A stretch of 64,000 nt of DNA, from assembly GCA_965205045.1 (NCBI GenBank), contig OZ242032.1:17704-81703 (forward strand), in the 5' to 3' direction. The notes under the pieces are model-generated. The model searched no databases. It was given only the letters and a program-made list of their open reading frames with translations, and was not told where the DNA came from. Source of the DNA: Candidatus Rariloculaceae bacterium. GTDB lineage: Bacteria > Pseudomonadota > Gammaproteobacteria > Steroidobacterales > Rariloculaceae. Of this stretch, positions 16,016-24,774 are shown one piece after another; within the stretch, counting starts at the first letter, position 1, and each line of letters begins with the position of its first letter. The position numbers and the translations under genes are program-made.

Positions 16016-16687
16016 TTATCCGTGCGGTTTCCGTGTCGCAGCGCCGGTTCCAGGACGGAACGTCTTTCCGCTGATCACATCCAGGTAAATCCGGTTGTCC
16101 TCATGCAGACCCCCGCAATATGTAACGTAGACCGCCCTGCCACGTGCGGTTGAACGCGCCCATCCGCCCAGGCGCTCGAAGTCCGCGATGGTGCACCGTT
16201 GCCGCGAAATAAGCGTCCACGCCGCTACCAGAAACCTTGATCTGTACTTGTGGGCGTCGTCCGATTTGTCTATCGCCCTGACCAGGGCCGGGCTGTAAGA
16301 GCTGACACGCACGGGCGTGCCTGCGGGTCTCGTATCAGACAGATAGGCAGACGCCACCCAGCGGGCCACCCGGCGTGACGTTCCTTCAACCAACCCGCCG
16401 TAGTATCGAGAAATACGAGACCATCCGCCGTGCACCCCCAGAACGTCCACTCTTTGCCCGCGGTCCAATACGCTAACGACCTTTGCGGAGAGACTGGGCG
16501 CAAGCCGGACGTTCAACCGATCGGCTGTAACATAGGCCGTAAGAGCGGGAACCGCCTCATCTCCTACGGTCCCGTCAACACCCCGTTGCCGCTGCAAGCC
16601 GGGCGCGTTGTCACGACCACGGCCTGAGCAACCCGCCACCGCCACGCAAACGATAACGATCAGAAACAGGCAGGTCCGGTTCCGCAT
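16016..16687 (-). CDS. Lipoprotein with SH3b-like domain
   Basis: MRNRTCLFLIVIVCVAVAGCSG (lipobox VAGC). SH3b-like stretch YVTADRLNVRLAPSLSAKVVSVLDRGQRVDVLGVHGGWSRI. Confidence 0.7.
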   Translation of the reverse strand: MRNRTCLFLIVIVCVAVAGCSGRGRDNAPGLQRQRGVDGTVGDEAVPALTAYVTADRLNVRLAPSLSAKVVSVLDRGQRVDVLGVHGGWSRISRYYGGLVEGTSRRVARWVASAYLSDTRPAGTPVRVSSYSPALVRAIDKSDDAHKYRSRFLVAAWTLISRQRCTIADFERLGGWARSTARGRAVYVTYCGGLHEDNRIYLDVISGKTFRPGTGAATRKPHG

Positions 16688-16812
16688 GATCAAATGATCC
16701 TTCTCTTGAGGAACCTGCTACTGCGGACACGCCGCATCGTCAAAGTTGACATCCTCCGCCTTGCCGCCGTCGACTTCTCTGGCCACCCAGGTTTCCTGGA
16801 GATCGAACTTGT

Positions 16813-16848
16813 TTGACAACATAACTTGACATACTTATATTCGTCAAC
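16813..16848 (+). promoter_or_regulatory. Putative promoter/operator of the second RHH gene
   Basis: TTGACA 16813-16818, 17-nt spacer, TATATT 16836-16841, and box TCGTCAAC at 16841-16848. Parallels 12218-12254. Confidence 0.45.
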
Positions 16849-16951
16849 AATGGTCATCTATTTTTTTCAGCCTTCAGGCAGTGGATTTTTGATTGCGGAT
16901 TTTTGATTGTGGATTGAAAAATCAGAAATCCCCACAACAGGAGCGACCCCG

Positions 16952-17197
16952 ATGGACGACATGGACTTTACCGACCTGCACCGGCGCAACAGCCGCATGC
17001 TGGGGCGGCGCGCCAACTCCCAAATGAACATCTCGCTGCCGATCGAGCTGCACGAGCAACTGCGGGACATCGCATGGAACAGGCGCATCTCGCTGTCGCA
17101 CCTGTGCCGCGTGCTGCTGGTGAAGGGCCTGGAGATCTGGGAGACGGAGCAAGGAGCGAAATGGGAGAAGGCGCGGGCGGATGCGGAGGGCGAATAG
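16952..17197 (+). CDS. Ribbon-helix-helix DNA-binding protein, paralog of 12318-12548
   Basis: MDDMDFTDLHRRNSRMLGRRANSQMNISLPIELHEQLRDIAWNRRISLSHLCRVLLVKGLE.. AGGAG lies before ATG 16952. Confidence 0.7.
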   Translation: MDDMDFTDLHRRNSRMLGRRANSQMNISLPIELHEQLRDIAWNRRISLSHLCRVLLVKGLEIWETEQGAKWEKARADAEGE

Positions 17198-17216
17198 GGT
17201 CTTCACGAGGTAGAAG

Positions 17217-17255
17217 CCCTGCACCGGGTTCGTCGCCCTTGTGCGGGGTTTTTTT
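17217..17255 (+). terminator. Rho-independent terminator candidate
   Basis: ccctgcac (17217-24) pairs with gtgcgggg (17241-48, one G-U) and is followed by T7 (17249-55). It lies 20 nt after the RHH gene stop. Confidence 0.5.
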
Positions 17256-17522
17256 GCGCCCGTTCGCCGGTGGCGCGCGAGCCGCGCGCAAACGCCCCTG
17301 ATCCGGCAGGCGCCATGAGGCACCGCCTCACCACCCGCCTGGACCGCCCCATAAGTCCCTCCGGGGGACTGCCGCCTTCAGGCGTCCTTCGACAATCCTG
17401 AGCCGAGTCGAAGGATCAGGAGGGGGATAGGAGGTTGTCGGAAGCGACTCGATGCCGCTTTTGGCAACATGCCTTGAGTTATTTTCTTGCCAATTAAATA
17501 CCATGTCGGCTATACTGGCTGC

Positions 17523-17933
17523 ATGGTTGATCAACGCTTCCGCAAAAACGCCGGTGCCGTCTTCGCGCTCAAGTATCACGTCGTCTGGTGCCCCAAATAC
17601 CGACTGCCCGTATTGGTCGGGGCTGTTGCCGAAAGGCTCAAGGCACTGCTCAGCGAAAAGGCCGACGAGATGGAAGGCATCATCCGGGCGATGGAGGTCA
17701 TGCCGGACCACGTGCACCTGTTCGTGGACATGCCGCCCACGTTGGCGCCTGCGCATATCGTCAACCAGTTCAAGGGATGGACGTCCCGCATGTTGCGCCA
17801 GGAGTTCCCCCACCTTGTCAGCCGCATGCCGACCCTTTGGAGCCGTTCCTACTACATGGGCAGCGTCGGGCACGTCTCCGACGCCACGGTGCGTCGCTAC
17901 ATCGAGGGCCAGAAGAAAGGCCGAGGCAAGTAG
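17523..17933 (+). CDS. tnpA: IS200/IS605 Y1 (HUH) transposase
   Basis: ..FALKYHVVWCPKYR..MPDHVHLFVDMPP..LWSRSYYMGSVG.. carries the HUH and catalytic Tyr motifs. 136 aa from ATG 17523. Confidence 0.85.
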   Translation: MVDQRFRKNAGAVFALKYHVVWCPKYRLPVLVGAVAERLKALLSEKADEMEGIIRAMEVMPDHVHLFVDMPPTLAPAHIVNQFKGWTSRMLRQEFPHLVSRMPTLWSRSYYMGSVGHVSDATVRRYIEGQKKGRGK

Positions 17934-19050
17934 ATGCGCAAAGCGTTCAAGTTCCGGCTCTACCCCACTCGCAAGCAGACCGAGGCCCTGGACCGCGAGC
18001 TTACGGCGGCACAAAGGCTTTACAACGCCGCCCTGCAGCAACGCCGGTTCGCCTGGCAGCGCCGCCACGTCTCGCTCAACTACAACGCCCAGGCTGGCGA
18101 CCTCAAGGACCTGCGCGCCAGCGGCGCCCCGACACCCGCCAACTTCAGCGCCTGCCAGGACGTTCTGCGGCGCCTCGACAAGGCGTTCCAGGCATTCTTC
18201 CGACGGGTGAAGTCCGGCGGCAAGCCCGGCTTTCCGCGCTTCAAGTCGCGGGACCGCTACGACTCCCTCACGTTTCCGTCCTATGGCGACGGCTGCCGCA
18301 TCCGCGACAATGGCAAGCTCTACCTGCAAGGTGTCGGCGAAGTCCGCGTCAAGTGGCACCGCCAGATCGCTGGCAAGATCAAGACCGCGACCGTGCGTCG
18401 CCGCGGCGGGCGCTGGCACGTCTGCTTCAGCGTCGAATACGACCCCGAGCCGCTGCCAACTATGGAAGGGGAGGTCGGAATCGACGTTGGCCTGGATCAC
18501 TTCGCTGCGCTCAGCACGGGCGACCTGACACCCAACCCCCGCTGGTACAGGAACGCTCAGAAGCGCTTGCGACGGGCGCAGCGCAAGGTGGCACGCCGCG
18601 TCAAGGGGTCGAACGGCCGCCGCAAGGCCGTATGGGAGCTGCAGCGCGTTCACGAGCATATCGCCAATCAACGGGCTGATTTCGTGCATAAGTTGTCTCG
18701 ACAGATCGTTGACGGCTACCAACTTATTGCCGTTGAAAAGCTCAACATCGGCGGCATGGCCAAAGGCATGCTTGCCAAGTCGATACACGATGCGGCGTGG
18801 CGTTCCTTTCTGGAAAAACTCATCGTCAAAGCGGCAGAGGCTGGGCGACGAGTGGTGGAAGTGAACCCGGCCGGGACGAGCCAGCATTGCCTGTGCGGCT
18901 GCGAAGTCCGCAGCCCTTCGACTCCGCTCAGGACTGGCCGTCCGGGTGCATCGCTGTCCTGAGTGCGGCCTTGTTGCCCCGCGCGATGTGGTGTCCGCAC
19001 AGTTGATCCTACGGCTCGAACGGAGCCTTGCGAGCGCTAACGTAGCCTGA
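17934..19050 (+). pseudogene. tnpB: TnpB (IS605 OrfB, RuvC-like) with +1 frameshift in the zinc-finger region
   Basis: MRKAFKFRLYPTRKQ..IDVGLDHFAA..IAVEKLNIGGM..NPAGTSQHCLCGCEVR, then an aberrant tail and stop at 18962. The expected continuation VHRCPECGLVAPRDVVSAQLIL is in frame +1 from 18946 to TGA 19050. A REP-like motif cccttcgactccgctcaggactgg lies at the break. Confidence 0.7.
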
Positions 19051-19281
19051 TGTAAGGGCATGCGTTGCTCCAGAAGCCGCCGCTTTCAAGCGGCGGAGTC
19101 GTCACCACCCCTGATCGTCCCGGCTTTCGAGCGCCAAAACCGCGGCTGAAAGCCGGGGCCGCCAGCGCCGACGCTGCTGCCAAAAAAAGGCGTGACGCCG
19201 GCCTTGCCACGGGGTAAATTTCCGGTAACGGAAGGGTTCAAGTCATCAACGTTCGTCACGTGCAAATGGAAGGAGGCAGCC

Positions 19282-19431
19282 ATGATCGAGGTTGCAGCAT
19301 TTGCGTTGGCCGTGTCTGTGGCGTTCGTCCTGATCGGCAAGACAATGCCGCATCATCATCACCCCAGGTCGTGGAAGCGCATTGACGATGCCAGCCGCGT
19401 CCACTACATGCCGAGGAGCAATCGCGGATGA
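19282..19431 (+). CDS. Small membrane protein (49 aa), hypothetical
   Basis: GGAGG lies 6 nt before ATG 19282. Sequence MIEVAAFALAVSVAFVLIGKTMPHHHHPRSWKR.. Confidence 0.4.
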   Translation: MIEVAAFALAVSVAFVLIGKTMPHHHHPRSWKRIDDASRVHYMPRSNRG

Positions 19432-19532
19432 GTCGTTCAAGAGGATGTTGGGGATGTGATGCCGTGCGCTTGGGTCCGTCCTGACCGACCTGCCCGGGTG
19501 GATGCCCGCGTCCCATCACCCGTTGCCTAACC

Positions 19533-19574
19533 AAGCCCTGCCCAAGGTTCACGATCCTGGTGCAGGGCTTTTCC
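19533..19574 (+). terminator. Hairpin + T-run, terminator candidate
   Basis: aagccctgc (19533-41) pairs with gcagggctt (19562-70) and is followed by ttcc. The 20-nt loop is long. Confidence 0.35.
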
Positions 19575-19842
19575 GTGTGCGGTCATTCCCGGACGCGGCT
19601 TGCGTGCGACGCTCCCTGGCGCCGTGCGCACACCGCAGCGTTGTCTAACAGATAAGGGGGCCATCATGAAAGGACTGCTTGTGGCGGAGAAGGCGGCGGC
19701 AATGATGTTGCGATGCCGGAGGATGAGGTCATGCAGTTGGCGTCAGACCCGAGCGTGATGCGGCTCAGGGGAATTGTGGAACGCGCCGAGGTCCTGCTCA
19801 TGCCCAGCGTCCACGTGAGTTATTCCGTCCTGGATGTAGGGG

Positions 19843-19872
19843 TTGGTAACTGCTGCCAGTTAAGTCTATAAT
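19843..19872 (+). promoter_or_regulatory. Sigma70-like promoter for the IS607 tnpA
   Basis: TTGGTA 19843-48, 18-nt spacer, TATAAT 19867-72. The ATG is at 19881. Confidence 0.4.
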
Positions 19873-19880
19873 AGTCAATT

Positions 19881-20474
19881 ATGGATGTTACCAGCAAACG
19901 CATAGGCTTGACGGCATGGGGCCGTCTGTACGGGTTTGACAAGGCGACGACGTCGAGGCTGCACCATACAGGTAAGCTGCCGGCCGGACTTCAGATCGAG
20001 CAACTGCCCAACGGGCGCTACTACGTCATTGTGCCGCCGGAGCAGTTAGGTCGGTGCGTGGTCTACGCGCGGGTTTCGTCCGCAGACCAGAAAGAGGACC
20101 TGGACCGCCAGGTAGGGCGCATCACCGAATGGGCGACGAAGGAAGGGTATCTGCCGAGTGAAGTCGTCAAGGAGGTCGGGTCTGGTCTGAACGGTAACCG
20201 CCGGGGTCTCCGAAAGCTGCTGGGCGACCATGCGGTGAGCACGATCATCGTGGAACACCGTGAGCGCCTGTGTCGCTTCGGCTTCGAGTACGTGGAAGCC
20301 GCTCTGACCGGCCGGGGCGCGCGCGTGGTCGTCATGGAAGACGAGGAAGTTGAAGACGACCTGGTGCGGGACGTGACCGAGGTGATGACGTCGCTTTGTG
20401 CGAGGCTCTACGGCAGGCGTTCGGCGCGGCGTCGTGCCGAGCGTGCGGTTGCGGCGGCGAGGGAGGCGGGATGA
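19881..20474 (+). CDS. tnpA: IS607-family serine recombinase (MerR-like HTH + resolvase catalytic domain)
   Basis: ..CVVYARVSSADQKEDLDRQ..VEHRERLCRFGFEY..LCARLYGRRS.. Confidence 0.85.
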   Translation: MDVTSKRIGLTAWGRLYGFDKATTSRLHHTGKLPAGLQIEQLPNGRYYVIVPPEQLGRCVVYARVSSADQKEDLDRQVGRITEWATKEGYLPSEVVKEVGSGLNGNRRGLRKLLGDHAVSTIIVEHRERLCRFGFEYVEAALTGRGARVVVMEDEEVEDDLVRDVTEVMTSLCARLYGRRSARRRAERAVAAAREAG

Positions 20475-22153
20475 TCGCCACCTACCAGACTCGGATTGCG
20501 GCGTACGCTGACCTCGGTCGTGCCGCCGGGGATGCAGTGCTTGATGCGTACGGAGAGCTATACGGGCGTGTGCAGCGCAAGTTGTTTGCAGATATGGCAG
20601 GGGGTCATTCTGCGCCCTCGCTGAAGAGCGAGTACCTGGAGCGCTACGGCATCCCGGCACGCATGTTTAATGCGGTTCGGGTGTCGCTGGAAGGCAAGGT
20701 TGCCTCTGTCCGGGAGAGTCAGAAGCTGCGCCTTGACGACCTCCTTCGGCGTATTGCCCGTGCAAAAAAGCAGATTGCGAAGGCGAAGAAGCGTGGGCGT
20801 CTGGACCAGGCACACCACAAGCGCCGCAGGCTGGCGGGCCTGGAACACCAGCGGATGGAACTGGAAGCTGAGTCGAAGGCGGGCCTGGTTCGTCTTTGCT
20901 TCGGGTCGAAGGCGCTTTGGCACAAGCAGCATCATCTTGGGGAAAACGGTTACGCCAGCCATGACGAGTGGCTGGAGGACTGGCGTAGCTCTCGCACGGG
21001 TGAGTTCTTCGTGCTGGGGAGCCGGGACGAGACAGCCGGCTGCCAGTTGTGCGTGGCTGCCGTCGCGGACGATGGGTCACTGACGCTTCGTCTTCGCATG
21101 CCGGACAGCCTAGCCGGTGAGCACGGCAAGTATGTCACCATCGAAGGCGTACGGTTTGCCTATGGACACGAGCAGGTGCTGGCGGCTCTTGAGAGCAATG
21201 CTGAGTACGCCGCTTACCGTCGTGAACGTGGCGAGAAGGCGGCACGAGTGACCGATCTGGGTCAGGCCATCAGCTACCGGTTCAAACGCGACGCCAAAGG
21301 CTGGCGGGTATTCGTTACGACGGAGACCGTGGATGTCCCGGTGGCGACAGATCGTAAACGTGGCGCCATTGGCGTTGATCTGAACGCCGATCACCTGGCG
21401 GTTGCCGAGACCGATGCGTCGGGAAACTATGTTCATGCGTTCAGTGTGCCGCTGGTCACTTGTGGCAAGTCCAGGCATCAGGCCGAGGCTCTCATCGGTG
21501 ATGCCGTTGCCCGTATCGTTGATTACGCCAAAGGGGTTGGCAAGCCCATCGTGATGGAGCGGTTGGACTTCCGCAACAAGAAGTCAAGGCTCGAAGGCGA
21601 GTCGCGCAAGTATGCCCGGATGCTGTCGAGTTTCGGTTATGGCAAGACACAGGCTTGCTTGCTTTCTCGGTGTCACCGTGAGGGTGTTGGTATTCACCGG
21701 GTCAACCCGGCTTTCAGTTCAGTCGTTGGTCGGGTGAAATTCATGGAGAGATATGGGCTCAGCGTTCACCAGGCATCGGCCCTGGTGCTGGCCCGCAGGT
21801 TGCTTGGCTGTTCCGAGCGCATTCCGCGCCGGTGGGTAGCCCCTGTCGGCAATGGCGGCCGTGTCGCCTTCCGCGTACCCGTGAGGAAGCGCGTGAAGCA
21901 CGTATGGACGTACTGGGGTGCGATCTCGGGGCAGCTGAGACCGGCGCTTGCAGCGCATCACCGGCTGGGGAAGTCGAGAGACGGCCCCAATCCGATTCAG
22001 GCGTTCGTTCGGGCTGTGGCTCGCGGGGATAGCCTGGGTGGGGACCCGTTCGGTGTTTCCGGGCGCGATTCCCGGACGGAGTCGCCTTGCACAGTTGGGG
22101 CGGCGGCGCGGCTACACCCGCGTCTTTGGAAATGGTTTGGCAGCAGTCTGTGA
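20471..22153 (+). CDS. tnpB: TnpB-related IS607 accessory protein (RuvC-like; long N-terminal coiled region, no obvious zinc finger)
   Basis: 560 aa from ATG 20471. ..GAIGVDLNADHLAVAE..PIVMERLDFRNKK..VNPAFSSVVGRVKFMERYGLSVHQASALVLARR.. Confidence 0.75.
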   Translation: MIATYQTRIAAYADLGRAAGDAVLDAYGELYGRVQRKLFADMAGGHSAPSLKSEYLERYGIPARMFNAVRVSLEGKVASVRESQKLRLDDLLRRIARAKKQIAKAKKRGRLDQAHHKRRRLAGLEHQRMELEAESKAGLVRLCFGSKALWHKQHHLGENGYASHDEWLEDWRSSRTGEFFVLGSRDETAGCQLCVAAVADDGSLTLRLRMPDSLAGEHGKYVTIEGVRFAYGHEQVLAALESNAEYAAYRRERGEKAARVTDLGQAISYRFKRDAKGWRVFVTTETVDVPVATDRKRGAIGVDLNADHLAVAETDASGNYVHAFSVPLVTCGKSRHQAEALIGDAVARIVDYAKGVGKPIVMERLDFRNKKSRLEGESRKYARMLSSFGYGKTQACLLSRCHREGVGIHRVNPAFSSVVGRVKFMERYGLSVHQASALVLARRLLGCSERIPRRWVAPVGNGGRVAFRVPVRKRVKHVWTYWGAISGQLRPALAAHHRLGKSRDGPNPIQAFVRAVARGDSLGGDPFGVSGRDSRTESPCTVGAAARLHPRLWKWFGSSL

Positions 22154-22918
22154 CTAAAGTCAACCATTTTTACAACGGTCACGGAGAGCTTTCCGGTCGC
22201 CTGCAGCGGGGTGACGTGCGTCGGCGCCGGCGTAACCCTTGACCTGGAAGCCGTCAACCTGACGGACCTCATTGATCCCAACATCGACCTCCCTGTAAGC
22301 GAAGCCAATCTCCAGTCACGGGAGGATGGATTCGACACCGTGTTTGTCAAGGGAAAGCTGGATGCCTCGGGCATTGACGCCGCAGACATTCAGGTGCTGC
22401 TTCCTGACATCACGGTCACCGACATTCCGGAGGCCTTGGGCTACGGGTTTTGGGGAGAGCACGGCGCGGCGGGCCTGGCCCTTGCGGACGGTCCCTTCTC
22501 CGGCCGAGCCAGCGACCTCATCCCGTTCAGCGGTGACATGAAGGTGGTCATCCCCTTCGCGCTCGGCGACGTTTCCGGCACGAATCCCCGCGGTCCCGGA
22601 AGCGCAACCTGGGCCGGCATTGCCGAAGTTGTCGCCGTCCGCACCTTCAGGCGTCAAGAGGGACTTGCAATCCTGACGATTCCGGACTTGTCACAGCCCA
22701 CCGTCAACGTCGGGATCGAGGTTGCCGGAAATCCGATCGGCAAACCCGGCTGGACGGACATGTCTCTGGTCGACGGCCGTTTCGTGTCCGGGGCCGCTGG
22801 CCATGACTACCTGGAGGGGAATTTCTACGGCGTGGATAACAGCGAGGCTTACGGCGTCTTTGATACCGATAATTTCACCGGCGCTTTCGGGGCGAAACGA
22901 AAAGCAGAGGGCGAGTAG
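22154..22918 (+). pseudogene. 5'-truncated TbpB-barrel surface lipoprotein gene (C-terminal barrel only, no signal peptide)
   Basis: The frame opens at 22154, directly after the tnpB stop. Track ORF from GTG 22211. ..GSATWAGIAEVVAVRT..GLAILTIPDL..VNVGIEV..YLEGNFYGVDNSEAYGVFDTDNFTGAFGAKRK.. Confidence 0.65.
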
Positions 22919-23260
22919 GTGCAGCCACGTCGTTACGCAGCATGCGGATGTCCTGCACTGCGCACGCCTGCCCGCTGCATGCCAACGGTGGAGGGAAAAG
23001 GTGCTTCCACTCGCTTCGCGCCCGTTTATGACGCGAGAGGCGAATGCGTTCCTTCACTCTTTGGGATTGATCCCTGGTTTTCGCATTTCCGTCTACAGCC
23101 GCCGCTGAACGGAACGGAGCCGACACGTGGTTTTTGTGTCGGCGACGTGAAGTGAAGTGTGCGGAACCAGGGAGCGAAGCGACCGGCTCATACGTCTTCG
23201 ATGTCGAATGCCGATGGATCGACGGTTTTTTGAGATGCCGGATCAGGAACTGGTTTTGAG

Positions 23261-23493
23261 TTTTCCACAGGTTTGCCTGCTCCTATTACTAGCAAATATT
23301 ACTTTACAGGATAATTACAGGATTTAGGGGGGGGTGATTTAACGAGAAAAAGGGGGGCGATTTAACGAGAAAAGGGGGGGTGATTTAACGAGAAAAGGGG
23401 GGCGATTTAACGAGAAAAGGGGGGGTGATTTAACGAGAAAAGGGGGGGGCGATTTAACGTGGAAAACTTCCCGGCATCACAGAGTTTTCCACA
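23261..23493. other. oriV-like region: DnaA box, AT-rich stretch, six iterons, DnaA box
   Basis: TTTTCCACA at 23261-69 and 23485-93. AT-rich tcctattactagcaaatattactttacaggataattacaggattta at 23281-23326. Iterons at 23327-23466. It lies next to the 3' end of repA. Confidence 0.75.
23327..23466. repeat. Six contiguous 22-25-bp iterons G6-8(T/C)GATTTAACGAGAAAA
   Basis: Read directly. The T and C variants alternate, and the last unit is degenerate (..aacgtggaaaa). Confidence 0.9.
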
Positions 23494-23547
23494 GGCCCCC
23501 CCGGACGATTTCCGCCCTGTTTTTCCCAGGGATGTTGTGAGAGGAAG

Positions 23548-24492
23548 TTAATGCGAAATCGGTGGCGGGGAACCCAGAAGCAGCAAACCGCCGCGAACGG
23601 ATTTGACCTTCGCTTGTGGATAGACCGCCAGGACCTTGCGGAGTTGTGGCAGGAACGACCGCTTGAAGTTTCTGTCCGCGTCCTTGCCGGTGTATTCCTG
23701 GGCGAACTGCTCCCGTAACGACGACCAGTGAACCGTCGCCCCTTTGCCCTCGATGCGGTATAGCCGGTAGGCAAGCCAGGCGTACACGTCCAGGGCCAGG
23801 GACGATCCTTTGAGCACCTGCAAGGCCCGCAAGTCGAGTGGCACGGCCCCTTTCAGGAGCGAACTGTAGAAGTGTTCGGTCAAGACGATCAGCCCGGGCC
23901 ATAGGGACCGTTGTCTGGTGTTTCTGTTCGTCATCCAGGCGTCAAATTGTTCGACCGCCTGGCCGTTGAAGGTGCGGCCCCTGTAACCGAGCTGCAGGCG
24001 ACAGGCAGCCAAGGCGTGCATCTGTCGCCGCAGGGTTGCGTACCGTGCCCCTTGCGTGTCCATGCCCATCAACTCGAGAAACTGCGCGGCACTGTCGCCG
24101 ATGGGGATGTCCCGTGTCTTGTGTCGCACCGCGTGCGTGGACAGGTGGGCCAAGGCAAGCCGCGGCAACGGGCCGTATGGGATGGGTTGCTGGACCGGCC
24201 CGTTGCCCTCGTCCAGGTAGCCGGCCTGTACATTCACCCAGGCCGGTCCGGACTGGCGCATGAACTCGCGTCCCTCGACCCTGGAACGGGGCAAGCCCAC
24301 CTGGCAGAACACGGCGTGCGTAAAGGCCATGTCGTCGCCGCTTGGCGGGCTGCCGTAAATCTCGGTCGCCGCCTCCAGCAGCTTGCCGTCCCGGGGAGCC
24401 GGAGTGAGGGCTCTGGAAACCCTGCCGGTTATGGTCTTGGGTTGTCTGGACTGATTTCCGGCCAGCCCACCGCGACCAGCAATCTCCGTCAC
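23548..24492 (-). CDS. repA: Plasmid replication initiator (RepA, RPA-type as I recall the family)
   Basis: 314 aa, ..MAFTHAVFCQVGLPRSRVEGREF..LALDVYAWLAYRLYRIEG.. Sits between the iterons and the parAG genes. Confidence 0.7.
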   Translation of the reverse strand: MTEIAGRGGLAGNQSRQPKTITGRVSRALTPAPRDGKLLEAATEIYGSPPSGDDMAFTHAVFCQVGLPRSRVEGREFMRQSGPAWVNVQAGYLDEGNGPVQQPIPYGPLPRLALAHLSTHAVRHKTRDIPIGDSAAQFLELMGMDTQGARYATLRRQMHALAACRLQLGYRGRTFNGQAVEQFDAWMTNRNTRQRSLWPGLIVLTEHFYSSLLKGAVPLDLRALQVLKGSSLALDVYAWLAYRLYRIEGKGATVHWSSLREQFAQEYTGKDADRNFKRSFLPQLRKVLAVYPQAKVKSVRGGLLLLGSPPPISH

Positions 24493-24541
24493 TGCGCCGA
24501 CCTTTCCTTCTGCCGGTAGAACGCAAAGAGTTTTTACTCAT

Positions 24542-24754
24542 TTACTCAGGCAATCGCTCAACGTATTCCGTCAAGAGATCGGTGATCGTCTTACCCTGCC
24601 GGACCGCATAGATTTTCAACTTCGTGTGCAGCTCGGCGGAGAGCTGGAAATTGACTCGTTTCGTGCCAGCCTCGTCAGCCAGGCTGGCGAGCGTAGCGGC
24701 CTTTTTCTTCTCGGCGCTGGGACGACCGGCGCTCAGCATCGCATGTTTACTCAT
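24542..24754 (-). CDS. Small RHH partition protein (ParG-like centromere binder)
   Basis: 70 aa with a basic N-tail, then KRVNFQLSAELHTKLKIYAVRQGKTITDLLTEYV (RHH). Lies directly downstream of parA. Confidence 0.6.
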   Translation of the reverse strand: MSKHAMLSAGRPSAEKKKAATLASLADEAGTKRVNFQLSAELHTKLKIYAVRQGKTITDLLTEYVERLPE

Positions 24755-24774
24755 ATATGTAAATCCTCATCTGA

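Larger units (their letters stand above)
17400..19110 (+). mobile_element. IS200/IS605-family element (tnpA Y1 + tnpB); ends approximate
   Basis: tnpA and tnpB are adjacent (TAGATG junction). Subterminal hairpins are at ~17387-17412 (ccttcgac..gtcgaagg) and ~19075-19098 (gccgccgctttcaagcggcgg). Confidence 0.7.
19840..22200 (+). mobile_element. IS607-family element (serine recombinase tnpA + tnpB-related gene); ends approximate
   Basis: The gene pair has a 4-nt overlap. There is a low-GC left end with its own promoter. I recall this family lacking inverted repeats and target-site duplications, so the ends cannot be fixed by eye. Confidence 0.7.

Noticed and set aside
17328-19061. 577-aa ORF on the minus strand
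   Set aside because: It is antisense to the clearly recognisable tnpA/tnpB pair and has no motifs.
23327-23466. Possible CRISPR array
   Set aside because: The repeats are contiguous with no spacers. They sit between DnaA boxes next to repA, so they are iterons. The same applies to 13011-13098.
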